A program made the translations under genes and the position numbers. The notes under the pieces are model-generated. The model was not told the origin of the DNA and ran no database searches. It was given only the letters and a program-made list of their open reading frames with translations. Shown one piece after another: positions 1-8,003 of a stretch of DNA of 32,000 bases; position 1 is the stretch's first letter; each line of letters starts with the position of its first letter. The stretch is taken from contig NZ_MPKA01000042.1 in assembly GCF_001945605.1 (NCBI RefSeq), positions 1 through 32,000 on the forward strand, read 5' to 3'. This stretch comes from Dubosiella newyorkensis (lineage in GTDB: Bacteria; Bacillota_I; Bacilli_A; Erysipelotrichales; Erysipelotrichaceae).

Positions 1-401
1 AAAAGAAAGATTACGATCTGATGGAAGGGATCCTGATCTGCTTGAGCCAGGATGAAGAGGAGGCTTCCGGATCGGATCTGCTTGATTTTCTGAATACGAC
101 ATTCAGGAAAACGATGAGCGCGAAAGAAAAGAGAAAGATCTTGGAAGAAAAGTATTCGATCCCATTTGATCAAGAACTAGAAGAGGAGATGGAAACAATG
201 GATGGTGCATTCAGCAGCGCGTATAAGAGCAGTTTGGAAAGAAAAGGAATGAAGCAAGGAATCGAGGAAGAAAAGCGAGAAACGATCCAGGCATTGTTCC
301 AAATGAATCGTTTTTCGCTTCAAGAAATCGCAACAATCGCAAGATGTCCGATCGAAAAGGTCCAAAAGATCCAAGAAGAATTGAACAAGAAGAGTTCTTA
401 G
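1..401 (+). CDS. C-terminal part of an Rpn-family (YhgA-like, PD-(D/E)XK) recombination-promoting nuclease / putative transposase; the 5' end lies left of the window
   Basis: The frame is open from nt 3 (KKDYDL precedes the ATG at 21), with the stop at 399-401. The tail KRKILEEKYSIPFDQELEEEMETM...GIEEEKRETIQALFQMNRFSLQEIATIARCPIEKVQKIQEEL resembles the acidic helical region plus terminal HTH-like segment of Firmicutes Rpn/YhgA-like proteins. Recognised from memory only. Confidence 0.5.
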   Translation, partial: KKDYDLMEGILICLSQDEEEASGSDLLDFLNTTFRKTMSAKEKRKILEEKYSIPFDQELEEEMETMDGAFSSAYKSSLERKGMKQGIEEEKRETIQALFQMNRFSLQEIATIARCPIEKVQKIQEELNKKSS

Positions 402-500
402 GAAGAAAGAAATTGTGGAGATGAAGCGTACGAAAACGTTTGGAAAGAAAAGCAACTTTTCAAAAGAGTGACACATTGGATAGATATGATCATCGATTCG

Positions 501-509
501 TGGTATACT
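501..509 (+). promoter_or_regulatory. Extended -10 element (TGgTATACT) of a likely csp promoter, which would give a 5' UTR of about 140 nt
   Basis: TGGTATACT lies at 501-509. No good -35 is present (TAGATA at 481-486 with a 17-nt spacer). Long 5' UTRs are typical of cold-shock genes. Confidence 0.3.
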
Positions 510-656
510 CCAAAAGTAAAAGAAATTTCAGGACTTCAACTGATCGTTATTATTGGTTCTAGTGTATATGTTTCTCATACAAGAACCGATCATAATGATC
601 ATTTTTTTGTAAAAGAAACGATTTCTTCTACAAAAAAAATGAAGGAGGTACCAAAT

Positions 657-863
657 ATGAGTACAGGAACAGTAAAATGGTTCAACAACGAGAAAGGATA
701 TGGATTTATCCAAGTGGATGGATCGAATCGTGATATTTTCGCTCATTATACGAATATCGCAGGCCAAGGATTTAGAACACTCGAAGAAGGACAAAAAGTC
801 GAATTCGAGATTGGAGAAGGAAAAAAAGGACAACAAGCTGAACACATTCTTGTTTTATGGTAA
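657..863 (+). CDS. csp: Cold-shock protein (CspA family, S1-like cold-shock domain)
   Basis: [22 protein letters not shown]...DIFAHYTNI carries the RNP1 (KGYGFI) and RNP2-like motifs. GAAGGAGG at 641-648 sits 8 nt before the ATG at 657. The track ORF beginning at 468 is an upstream in-frame extension with no homology. Confidence 0.95.
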   Translation: MSTGTVKWFNNEKGYGFIQVDGSNRDIFAHYTNIAGQGFRTLEEGQKVEFEIGEGKKGQQAEHILVLW

Positions 864-884
864 GATCCGAAAGGATCTTTTTTT
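862..884 (+). terminator. Rho-independent terminator of csp
   Basis: Stem AAGATCC (862-868) / GGATCTT (873-879), loop GAAA, followed by a T-run to 884. Confidence 0.75.
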
Positions 885-951
885 AAGGTTGAATAGATAA
901 GTATATCAATATATCATATTAAATGGTACACTTCTAATCAAGGAGGGACTC

Positions 952-1917
952 ATATAGTTTAAAAAAGCCCTGGAAAGGAAACAAGACTACGAGTTCGTAC
1001 TAAAATCAATTTTAGATACGAATACGATTTCACAAGTAATTTGCACTGGCTCAGGAACAAGTTATCATGTAGCTTGTATGGTCGCTCGCTTGATCCAAAA
1101 ATACTTGAAAATACTAGCTTATTCTCCTTTACCTATGGAGTTTGCAGGATCTTGCGTTGAAAAGAATTGTCTAGTGATCGGAATGTCCGAATCAGGAAAT
1201 AGTCTTTCGACATTAGAAGCTATGTGGTGAGCAAAAGAAAAAGGATGCATCACGTTAGGATTTACAACGGATGCAACAAGTGAACTCGCTGAAAACTGTA
1301 CATACCTTATGAAACATCCATGTAAGATGGAACTCGTGCCTCCTGAAACAAAAGGATATACGACTGCCTTATTGGCATGGATCGTTGCGATCCATTATGC
1401 GGCAGGAACCGAAGTGGAAGCAAAAGAAGCCATTGAAACCTTGCACAAAACGATCGAGAAAAGCGAGAATTGGGTCATGCAAAATTTACGCGATTTGATA
1501 CGGTACGACCGAATGCGCGTTGTTGGCTCAAATCTACATTATATAAGCTCGAAAGAAGGAGCCCTCAAAATGCAAGAAACGATAAGAAGACCGCTTTCCG
1601 CTAAGGAGATGGAAGAATTCTCTCACATAGCGGATCTAGCACTCGAGGATACAGATTGCATATTGATGATCGTACGTACAAAAAAAGATCGGCAAGTTGT
1701 CGATCTTGTCAAACAAGTCACAGATCGAATTTATGTTTTTGATTCCTCCTTTTTCCCGATCGATCTAAGAGAAGATCTTTCGATCCTGAATGCGATTATC
1801 CCATTTCAAATGGCAGCAGCAATTGTTGCTCAAAGAATCGGCAATGACACCTCGCGGTATCCTTACGATATTGAAAACATTTCTCATAGCGAACAATACG
1901 CATTTAGAACAAAATAA
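952..1917 (+). pseudogene. Decayed double-SIS-domain sugar-phosphate isomerase/deglycase-like gene (GlmS C-terminal / AgaS / FrlB type)
   Basis: The frame containing the 1309-1917 ORF continues upstream as ...ICTGSGTSYHVACMVARLIQ...VIGMSESGNSLSTLEAMW*AKEKGCITLGFT. An in-frame TGA lies at 1228-1230. Downstream of the SD-like AAGGAGGG (940-947) the sequence reads ATA TAG (952-957) where a start codon would be expected. SIS motifs seen: GSGTSYH, SESGNS, ETKGYT, KEGALKMQE. Confidence 0.7.
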
Positions 1918-1920
1918 GAA

Positions 1921-1948
1921 AAGGAGGACTAGAACGATCCTCCTTTTT
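1921..1948. terminator. Bidirectional hairpin between the convergent SIS pseudogene and the ABC permease
   Basis: AAGGAGGA (1921-1928) pairs with TCCTCCTT (1938-1945) across a 9-nt loop. A T-run follows on the + strand. Confidence 0.6.
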
Positions 1949-1950
1949 AA

Positions 1951-3780
1951 CTAAGCGATTCTTTTAGATAAAAGTGTATTTTTGACTGCTTTTATACAGA
2001 TCAAATCGCAAAGGATCATAAACAGCAAGATGATCAAATTGCTGATTACAAATACAGAACCTAAAGGATCGCCCGCGACCTTTGATAAAGCCATCAAAGA
2101 AAAATACGAAGAAATGCACATGATCAAAAAATCAAGTCCAAATTGGAACGAACATTCCATTATGATCGAATGTTTGAGAACCTTTCGATCAACTCCGATT
2201 TTTTGAAGCAGACGATACGCTTCGATCTCTTCGAAAGAATCATTATATTGCTTGATGAACAAGATCGAACAAGCAGCGATCAAGAAGACGATGAACAAAA
2301 ATACACAAAATGTAAAAATCGTATTCAACCATACATAGGAATCATTGTTTTCATCCATTTGAAAGATCCCAACAACCATTGGATCCTCCGTGCTGATCTC
2401 AATATTTGGCTCGTCGCCTTCAAATTTATAGTTGTACAAATACAAACGCTCATTTTGTGGAAAAACTTGATCGAACAAAGAATCATTGATCACATAAACA
2501 GGCACTTCCATTTTATCCTGCATAAAACCGAGCACAGCTGTCCGAACATCTTCGATACAAGTCAGCTTTCTTCCTTCTAGTTCCGTAGAATTATGCGTAG
2601 GATCCGTATAAAGTGAAAGAAGGATCCTTTTGCTTAGAAGAATACATTCGTTTTCTTTTGGCTCAGAAATATCGAAACTCGAAACACTAGAGTAAGGGAC
2701 AAATAACTGTTCATTCTTTTCCGCCACAGGAACGATCGTACGCATCTCTTGTTCAGGAAGGCGCTCATTAAAATACGCTTCCGCATTTGGATCAAGACTT
2801 AAGATCTGCACATCATACTGCATCGAATATTGTTGGATCGCTTCAATACGATGATTCAAGGTAAAACCGCAACCTAAGGCAGTCACTGCACAAATCAACA
2901 AAATACTCACCATCGCATAAGAACGATAGTTTTGCTTCATCCGAAATACGAGATTATTCACCCACAATAGACGGCGATGACTCAATAAAAACCGCTTATT
3001 GTTCTGCATCGTCTGCAGAAGAAATGGAAGAAAACCGCCAAAGATCAAATATGTTCCAAGAATCACGCAAACTGTCGCGATCATCGCATTTCCTAAAACA
3101 TCCATCCCACCATCTTTGATCGCAAAATAATAACCAGTAAAAAGGATCGCGCACCCTATGATCGCTTTTAAAATAAGAAAACGAGACGAATCGTTCACCT
3201 TCTCATTTTGGCGAGAAGCCGATAAAAGATCTTTCACGCTGCTTTTTTGAATCGAACGCATCCCCCATAACGTGATCAATCCATAGATCAGAAAAAACAA
3301 AAGACAAGTTTCGACCACAGCCCGCCATGAAATGGAAAAATCAGCAGCGATCCCTAACGAAGAGATCTTGACAAAAATCATCGAAAACAAATAAGAAAAC
3401 AAAGTTCCGCACAGTATACCAGCCAAAATCGAAACGATTCCCACCATTAGATTTTCGATCATATATAAAATACTGATCCTGCCGCTCGTCAAACCTAAAA
3501 ATACATACACCCCAAATTCTTTCTTTTGGCTTTTTAAAAAGACATGCGAAGCATAAGCGATCATCGAAACCATAAAACAAACAAGAACGACTTTTACAAC
3601 ATCGATGAGCATTTTGATCTTCTCAAGATTATCCGCACTCAAGCCACCTAAAGAACCAGAATATTCTAAATTTTCAAAATTGAAAAAAATAAAGATTGTA
3701 AAGGCAAGCGATAAGATCAAAGCGCCATACCGACGCACATGCATCATAAAATTCTGCCACGCAAGATGAAACAAACTCAT
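1951..3780 (-). CDS. BceB-type FtsX-family ABC transporter permease (peptide-antibiotic sensing/detoxification)
   Basis: 609 aa and polytopic. The N-terminus MSLFHLAWQNFMMHVRRYGALILSLAF is typical of BceB/VraG-like permeases. There is a large hydrophilic segment of roughly 200 aa between TM clusters. Its start overlaps the ATPase stop in an ATGA overlap (3777-3780). Confidence 0.8.
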   Translation of the reverse strand: MSLFHLAWQNFMMHVRRYGALILSLAFTIFIFFNFENLEYSGSLGGLSADNLEKIKMLIDVVKVVLVCFMVSMIAYASHVFLKSQKKEFGVYVFLGLTSGRISILYMIENLMVGIVSILAGILCGTLFSYLFSMIFVKISSLGIAADFSISWRAVVETCLLFFLIYGLITLWGMRSIQKSSVKDLLSASRQNEKVNDSSRFLILKAIIGCAILFTGYYFAIKDGGMDVLGNAMIATVCVILGTYLIFGGFLPFLLQTMQNNKRFLLSHRRLLWVNNLVFRMKQNYRSYAMVSILLICAVTALGCGFTLNHRIEAIQQYSMQYDVQILSLDPNAEAYFNERLPEQEMRTIVPVAEKNEQLFVPYSSVSSFDISEPKENECILLSKRILLSLYTDPTHNSTELEGRKLTCIEDVRTAVLGFMQDKMEVPVYVINDSLFDQVFPQNERLYLYNYKFEGDEPNIEISTEDPMVVGIFQMDENNDSYVWLNTIFTFCVFLFIVFLIAACSILFIKQYNDSFEEIEAYRLLQKIGVDRKVLKHSIIMECSFQFGLDFLIMCISSYFSLMALSKVAGDPLGSVFVISNLIILLFMILCDLICIKAVKNTLLSKRIA

Positions 3781-4535
3781 TGCAAGTTCCTTCCCATGGC
3801 CGCCTGCGCATCCAAGATCCGATTAAAGAATTCCTTTTGACTATCTCCCTTATGAAGGTGAAGCTCGATCTTTCCGTCCTTAAGAATATACACTTCTTTC
3901 GCGTAAGAAGCCGCATACGCGTCATGTGTGACCATCACGATCGTTGTGGCGTTCTCCTCATTGATCTTTTTGAAACAATCGAGAAGATCTTGGGAAGATC
4001 TTGAATCGAGAGCGCCTGTCGGTTCATCCGCAAAAAGGATCTCAGGCTCCATGATCAAAGCCCTACAGGTCGCGCCCCGTTGTTTTTGACCGCCGGAAAG
4101 TTGATAAGGATATTTATCCAAATGCTCAAAAAGACCAAATTGTCGCGCGAGCCGTTTTCCTTTTTTTAACGAAATAGCCGCCTTCGCTCCATTTAAAGAA
4201 AGAGGAAGAACGATATTATCCAATAATGACATTGAATCGAGAAGGGAATAGTCTTGAAAAACAAAACCAATCGTATCCTTTCTTAATTTTGATAAAGCTT
4301 TCGCATTCATATGCACGATGTCTTGACCGGCTAGTTTGATCACGCCTTTTGTTGGCTGATCAATCGAAGAGATCAAATTGAGCAACGTTGATTTGCCCGA
4401 ACCACTAGGACCCATGATCGCGACAAAATCACCTTGATCGATCGTCAAATTGATATCTTTAAGAACAGGAACTCCATATCCATGGCTTTCATATATTTTT
4501 TGTAAATGCTCTACTTCAAGAATTTTTTTCTTCAT
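3777..4535 (-). CDS. BceA-type ABC transporter ATP-binding protein
   Basis: Walker A GPSGSGKST, signature LSGGQKQR, Walker B LFADEPTGALD, H-loop VTHD. AGGAGG lies 7 nt upstream of the ATG. Confidence 0.9.
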   Translation of the reverse strand: MKKKILEVEHLQKIYESHGYGVPVLKDINLTIDQGDFVAIMGPSGSGKSTLLNLISSIDQPTKGVIKLAGQDIVHMNAKALSKLRKDTIGFVFQDYSLLDSMSLLDNIVLPLSLNGAKAAISLKKGKRLARQFGLFEHLDKYPYQLSGGQKQRGATCRALIMEPEILFADEPTGALDSRSSQDLLDCFKKINEENATTIVMVTHDAYAASYAKEVYILKDGKIELHLHKGDSQKEFFNRILDAQAAMGRNLQ

Positions 4536-4583
4536 TCTATTTACCTCCTACATTTAGTGTAGAAGATCTTATTGGCCAAATCC

Positions 4584-4596
4584 TTACAAAAATGTC
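4584..4596 (-). promoter_or_regulatory. Candidate BceR-type response-regulator box upstream of the ABC transporter genes
   Basis: The minus strand reads GACATTTTTGTAA, i.e. ACA-N4-TGTAA. This is close to my recollection of the published BceR-like consensus, TNACA-N4-TGTAA. A TACACT -10-like hexamer follows 21 nt downstream, then AGGAGG and the ATG. The -35 is weak, as expected for an activator-dependent promoter. Confidence 0.4.
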
Positions 4597-4611
4597 CGAT
4601 AGAAAAAGGAC

Positions 4612-5571
4612 TCAAGATACCATCCTATCTTTATGCCACGAAATTTCAGGAGAGTTGAACAAATGAAGCGTAAAGATCGTATATGAACCAGGAACCGAAA
4701 AAACTTCCACTGTTCCAGAAAGCTTATCGAGCACAGTATGGACAAAATAAAGTCCCATTCCGGTAGAACGATACGTTCCAGAACGCGTGTTGCTTCCAGT
4801 AAATCCTTTTTCAAAAACTTGAGGAAGATCATGACGTTCGATCCCGATTCCATGATCTTTAAATTGAATGATCGTTTCGTCTTCTTTTTGATCGGCTGAA
4901 ATCTCGATGCGAGCCTCTCGCTTATATTTGATCGCATTGAGGATCAATTGATCAAATATATAGATCAGCCATTCAGGATCGGTATAAATCAAAAGCTCAG
5001 GACAATCGATCTTGACTTCAAAATGATTGTAGATCAATAGATGCTTATTGTTTTTGATAGAAGAATAGATCAAAGGACGCAATTCTATCTTTTTAAACTG
5101 CACATCCATCACATTTGTTTCGAGCCGCGCCAAAAGGAGCAAGAAGCTCAATTGACGATTCATCGTTTCAATACTGAGCTGAAGCATTCTTTGATCGCTT
5201 TCATCTTGACATAACAACATTGTCCCTAGCGAAGCTTTTAGTTCATGCACGATCCGATCAATACTGTCTTTCAATTCATTGTTGCGCTCTCGTTCTTGAG
5301 AAAGCTTGTTTTCTAACTGCTCGATATCGTGAAAATATAAATCTTGATCAATATATGGCAAATAGAACGGCGCGATTTTTCCCGACTGAGATAAACTTTG
5401 CTCGATCTTTTTTTTGAAGCTTCTTTTCTTGAAAATTCGAACACTCAAACAACACCCCCAAACACTCAGCACTAGAAGATCCCAATAGGCAAGATCAAAA
5501 AACGAAATTTGAGGAAGGAGAAAAATTGCGTAAAGATTGAACGCAAGAACGATAAAAAGAGAGAGGATCAT
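4612..5571 (-). CDS. BceS-type intramembrane-sensing histidine kinase
   Basis: Two N-terminal TM helices with almost no extracellular loop. H-box IVHELKASL; HATPase motifs LILNAIKY, DHGIGI and GMGLYFV. The start is set at the ATG at 5569-5571, which forms an ATGA overlap with the regulator stop. The track ORF extends 17 codons further upstream. Confidence 0.85.
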   Translation of the reverse strand: MILSLFIVLAFNLYAIFLLPQISFFDLAYWDLLVLSVWGCCLSVRIFKKRSFKKKIEQSLSQSGKIAPFYLPYIDQDLYFHDIEQLENKLSQERERNNELKDSIDRIVHELKASLGTMLLCQDESDQRMLQLSIETMNRQLSFLLLLARLETNVMDVQFKKIELRPLIYSSIKNNKHLLIYNHFEVKIDCPELLIYTDPEWLIYIFDQLILNAIKYKREARIEISADQKEDETIIQFKDHGIGIERHDLPQVFEKGFTGSNTRSGTYRSTGMGLYFVHTVLDKLSGTVEVFSVPGSYTIFTLHLFNSPEISWHKDRMVS

Positions 5572-6239
5572 TCGATATAGTATCCTTTCCCTTTTGCGGT
5601 TATGATCAGCGGAGAACCACAAATCTGTTTTAATTTTTGTCTTAAACGGCTAACAAGAGTTGTCAGCGTTCCTTCTTCGATAAATTGATCCGTTTCCCAA
5701 AGCTCGAGCATCAGTTCTGTGCGAGAGACAAGACAACCTTTTCTGTTTATAAAAATATGAAAAAGCTTTCTTTCTGCCGGAGTCAGATCTACTTCTTCGT
5801 TATGATATTTCAGCATTTGCAGATCCAAATGATAAACGAGCTCGTTTTTCAGCTCGATCGTTTTGGGCTTTTGATATTCTTCATTCCGTCTAAGTGCCGC
5901 TTCGATCTTAGCTTCGAGAAGTTCAATCCGAAACGGCTTGGTTAAATAATCATCGCCGCCTAAATGGATCGCTTTGAGCGTATCTTCAATCCCGTTCCGT
6001 GCCGAAATAAAAAGGATCGGCACATTACTTAAAGAACGAAACTGCTCGCACCAATAAAAGCCATCCTTACCAGGAAGATTGATATCCAGTAAAATAAGAT
6101 GGGGCTTGATCGACTGTACGTCTAATAAAATATGGTCAAATTCCCGGATACAATATACTTCATAATGATTTTGGAGCCGATTTTGAATTTGTTCTAAGAA
6201 GAAAAAATCATCTTCAATGATCAGTATTTTCCATTTCAT
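5568..6239 (-). CDS. OmpR/BceR-family response regulator
   Basis: Receiver domain (ILIIEDD, LLDINLPGKDG, DDYLTKPF) plus a winged-helix C-terminus (LTPAERKLF...TLTTLVSRLRQKL). Confidence 0.9.
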   Translation of the reverse strand: MKWKILIIEDDFFFLEQIQNRLQNHYEVYCIREFDHILLDVQSIKPHLILLDINLPGKDGFYWCEQFRSLSNVPILFISARNGIEDTLKAIHLGGDDYLTKPFRIELLEAKIEAALRRNEEYQKPKTIELKNELVYHLDLQMLKYHNEEVDLTPAERKLFHIFINRKGCLVSRTELMLELWETDQFIEEGTLTTLVSRLRQKLKQICGSPLIITAKGKGYYIE

Positions 6240-6333
6240 ACTTTGATTCTAACAAAAATGTACGCTAAAAACCTTACTCTTTTGCAAGTTAGACCGTATT
6301 GAATGGTAAAATAGAAAAAATAGGAGGAAGCCA

Positions 6334-7023
6334 ATGAAAGACCATGAACTCATTTATGAAGAGTGGAAGATACCGTTCTACAATTCGATCCATCTAGGAG
6401 AAGGAACGATCCTTTCCGAAGATAAAAACGGAATGTTTTTAAAAGATGGATGCGGTGTTTACATGCTTTATCAACCAGATCCTATTCAATGTGAACGATG
6501 GCTTAGAAATCTCGATCCTCATGCGATTGAGATCATGATGATTCTAGGAAACGAAACAAAAGAAACAGTGGACAAAGTCTTTGGCTTTCAAAACGTCTCA
6601 AAGTGTGAATCGTTTTATTGGCCTTTTGAAAGTATCGATCCACTTGCCTCGAATTTAGTGTTTCATCATGCCACTTTGGAAGATCTGCCATGGATCCAAG
6701 CCCATTATGAACTTCTTGATCAAGAAGAAATCAAAGAGTATCTCCAGCAAAAATTGATCTGTATCGCTACCAAAAACCAGAAAAAGATCGGATTCGTTGG
6801 CCAGCATTCCGAAGGAAGCATGGGCTTATTGTATGTTTCAGAACAATTCCGCCATCAAGGATATGCACAAGAACTCGAACGATTTATGATCAAAAGAATG
6901 CTCGAACAAGACTTGATTCCTTACGCCGATGTTTTTGACAATAATAAAGCTTCTATTCACCTCCAACAAAAAATCGGTATGAAGCGAATGGAACAACCTG
7001 TTTTTTGGGTCGAAAATTCGTAA
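6334..7023 (+). CDS. GNAT-family N-acetyltransferase with an uncharacterised N-terminal half
   Basis: The C-terminal segment LLYVSEQFRHQGYAQELERFMIKRML resembles GNAT motif A. AGGAGG lies 6 nt before the ATG. An extended -10 TGgTAAAAT lies at 6304-6312. Confidence 0.6.
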   Translation: MKDHELIYEEWKIPFYNSIHLGEGTILSEDKNGMFLKDGCGVYMLYQPDPIQCERWLRNLDPHAIEIMMILGNETKETVDKVFGFQNVSKCESFYWPFESIDPLASNLVFHHATLEDLPWIQAHYELLDQEEIKEYLQQKLICIATKNQKKIGFVGQHSEGSMGLLYVSEQFRHQGYAQELERFMIKRMLEQDLIPYADVFDNNKASIHLQQKIGMKRMEQPVFWVENS

Positions 7024-7027
7024 TCAA

Positions 7028-7053
7028 AAAGAGAGCTAGCCAATGCTCTCTTT
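7028..7053. terminator. Bidirectional hairpin between the convergent GNAT and DUF3021 genes
   Basis: AAAGAGAGC (7028-7036) pairs with GCTCTCTTT (7045-7053) across an 8-nt loop. Confidence 0.6.
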
Positions 7054-7490
7054 TATTGACGCAATTTTTTCAATTGTTCGTTGATCTGTTTTGCCTCTTT
7101 GATGTTGTAATGACGGAAAATCAAAAACAGAACCAAGATCACGATCAGCTGTCCTGCGATCGTCAAAAACAAGGAAAGCGGATCTGATAAATTTCCTAAC
7201 CAGCCTAACGAGGCCGCAATCAAAAAATAAACAGGAATCCCAATGCCAAGATGAATGAGCATCTGCATATTCCTTGAAAACCTTGGATCTTGATATACAA
7301 TGGTCGGCACCCCAAAACCAAGACCGATGCCAATACAACCAAGAACCATTTTAGTGAATTGATAATTTTCAAGTACGAAATGTCCGTGATCGATTTGGTC
7401 AAAGAGTATCCCAAATAGACAAAATAAAGTGCAAGCTAGACCTATACTTATGAGTGTATCGATCACGATTTGTTTTTTATCGATTTTCAT
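7053..7490 (-). CDS. Small four-TM membrane protein, DUF3021-like (usual partner of LytTR regulators)
   Basis: 145 aa with four hydrophobic helices. It sits 9 nt downstream of a LytTR gene, with AGGAGG 6 nt before the ATG. The family assignment is from memory of the DUF3021/LytTR gene pair. Confidence 0.55.
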   Translation of the reverse strand: MKIDKKQIVIDTLISIGLACTLFCLFGILFDQIDHGHFVLENYQFTKMVLGCIGIGLGFGVPTIVYQDPRFSRNMQMLIHLGIGIPVYFLIAASLGWLGNLSDPLSLFLTIAGQLIVILVLFLIFRHYNIKEAKQINEQLKKLRQ

Positions 7491-7499
7491 GATTTCCTC

Positions 7500-7932
7500 C
7501 TAGATCCCGATCGCCTTTTTAAAAGCTGGCAAATAGGTTCGAGATACATAATCTTGTTCTTTGTTTTTGAGCTTCAGCATTAGAGCGCCTCCAAACGACA
7601 CTTCTGCATAATCGATACAGCGAATATTGACAAGCGTTGTTTTCGAGATCCGGATCATCGCGTTTCCAAGCTGCTGTTCGATTTCGTACAATCGCTTTTT
7701 CGATCTCAGTTTTTTTTTCCGTATAGAGAAAGACAGCGCCATCTTCGATTCGGACCATATATAATTCTTCTGGGCGCAGCAGAATGATCCGATCTTCTCG
7801 CATCGCTGCCAAAGGCACGTCGCTCGATGATAGAGAACCGATCAGCTGTTCGATTTCTGCATTCAAAGCGTTCGTATGGATCACAATATACAGTTCTTTG
7901 AGTCCGGATTCAATTTGGATCTGCACATTCAT
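7500..7932 (-). pseudogene. LytTR-family DNA-binding regulator interrupted by a 1-nt frameshift in an A9 tract
   Basis: The N-terminal part lies in the frame of ORF 7519-7932 (...VRIEDGAVFLYTEKK). The C-terminal LytTR part lies in the frame of ORF 7500-7742 (LRSKKRLYEIEQQLGNAMIRISKTTLVNIRCI...YVSRTYLPAFKKAIGI). The two frames meet at the T9 run at 7710-7718 (A9 on the coding strand). Removing one A gives a continuous protein of about 143 aa. Confidence 0.8.
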
Positions 7933-8003
7933 AAGCTCCTTCTTGTCTATGATTATACGAAACGATTGGAAAAAAAGACGAAAATCTCGCTAAGTGGTCT
8001 AAA

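Noticed and set aside
1228-1230. The in-frame TGA in the SIS gene as evidence for genetic code 4 (TGA = Trp) or selenocysteine
   Set aside because: Several confident genes in the window end in TGA: stops at 3777-3779, 4612-4614, 5568-5570, 8543-8545, 12963-12965, 23035-23037, 25583-25585 and 28941-28943. No other conserved gene contains an internal TGA. The same gene also lacks a start codon, so decay is the simpler explanation. No SECIS-like hairpin is evident.
5572-5622. A 17-codon N-terminal extension of the histidine kinase that overlaps the response-regulator gene
   Set aside because: The internal ATG at 5569-5571 gives the ATGA stop/start overlap seen repeatedly in this window and begins directly at the first TM helix. 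The extension (MWFSADHNRKRERILYR) has no support.
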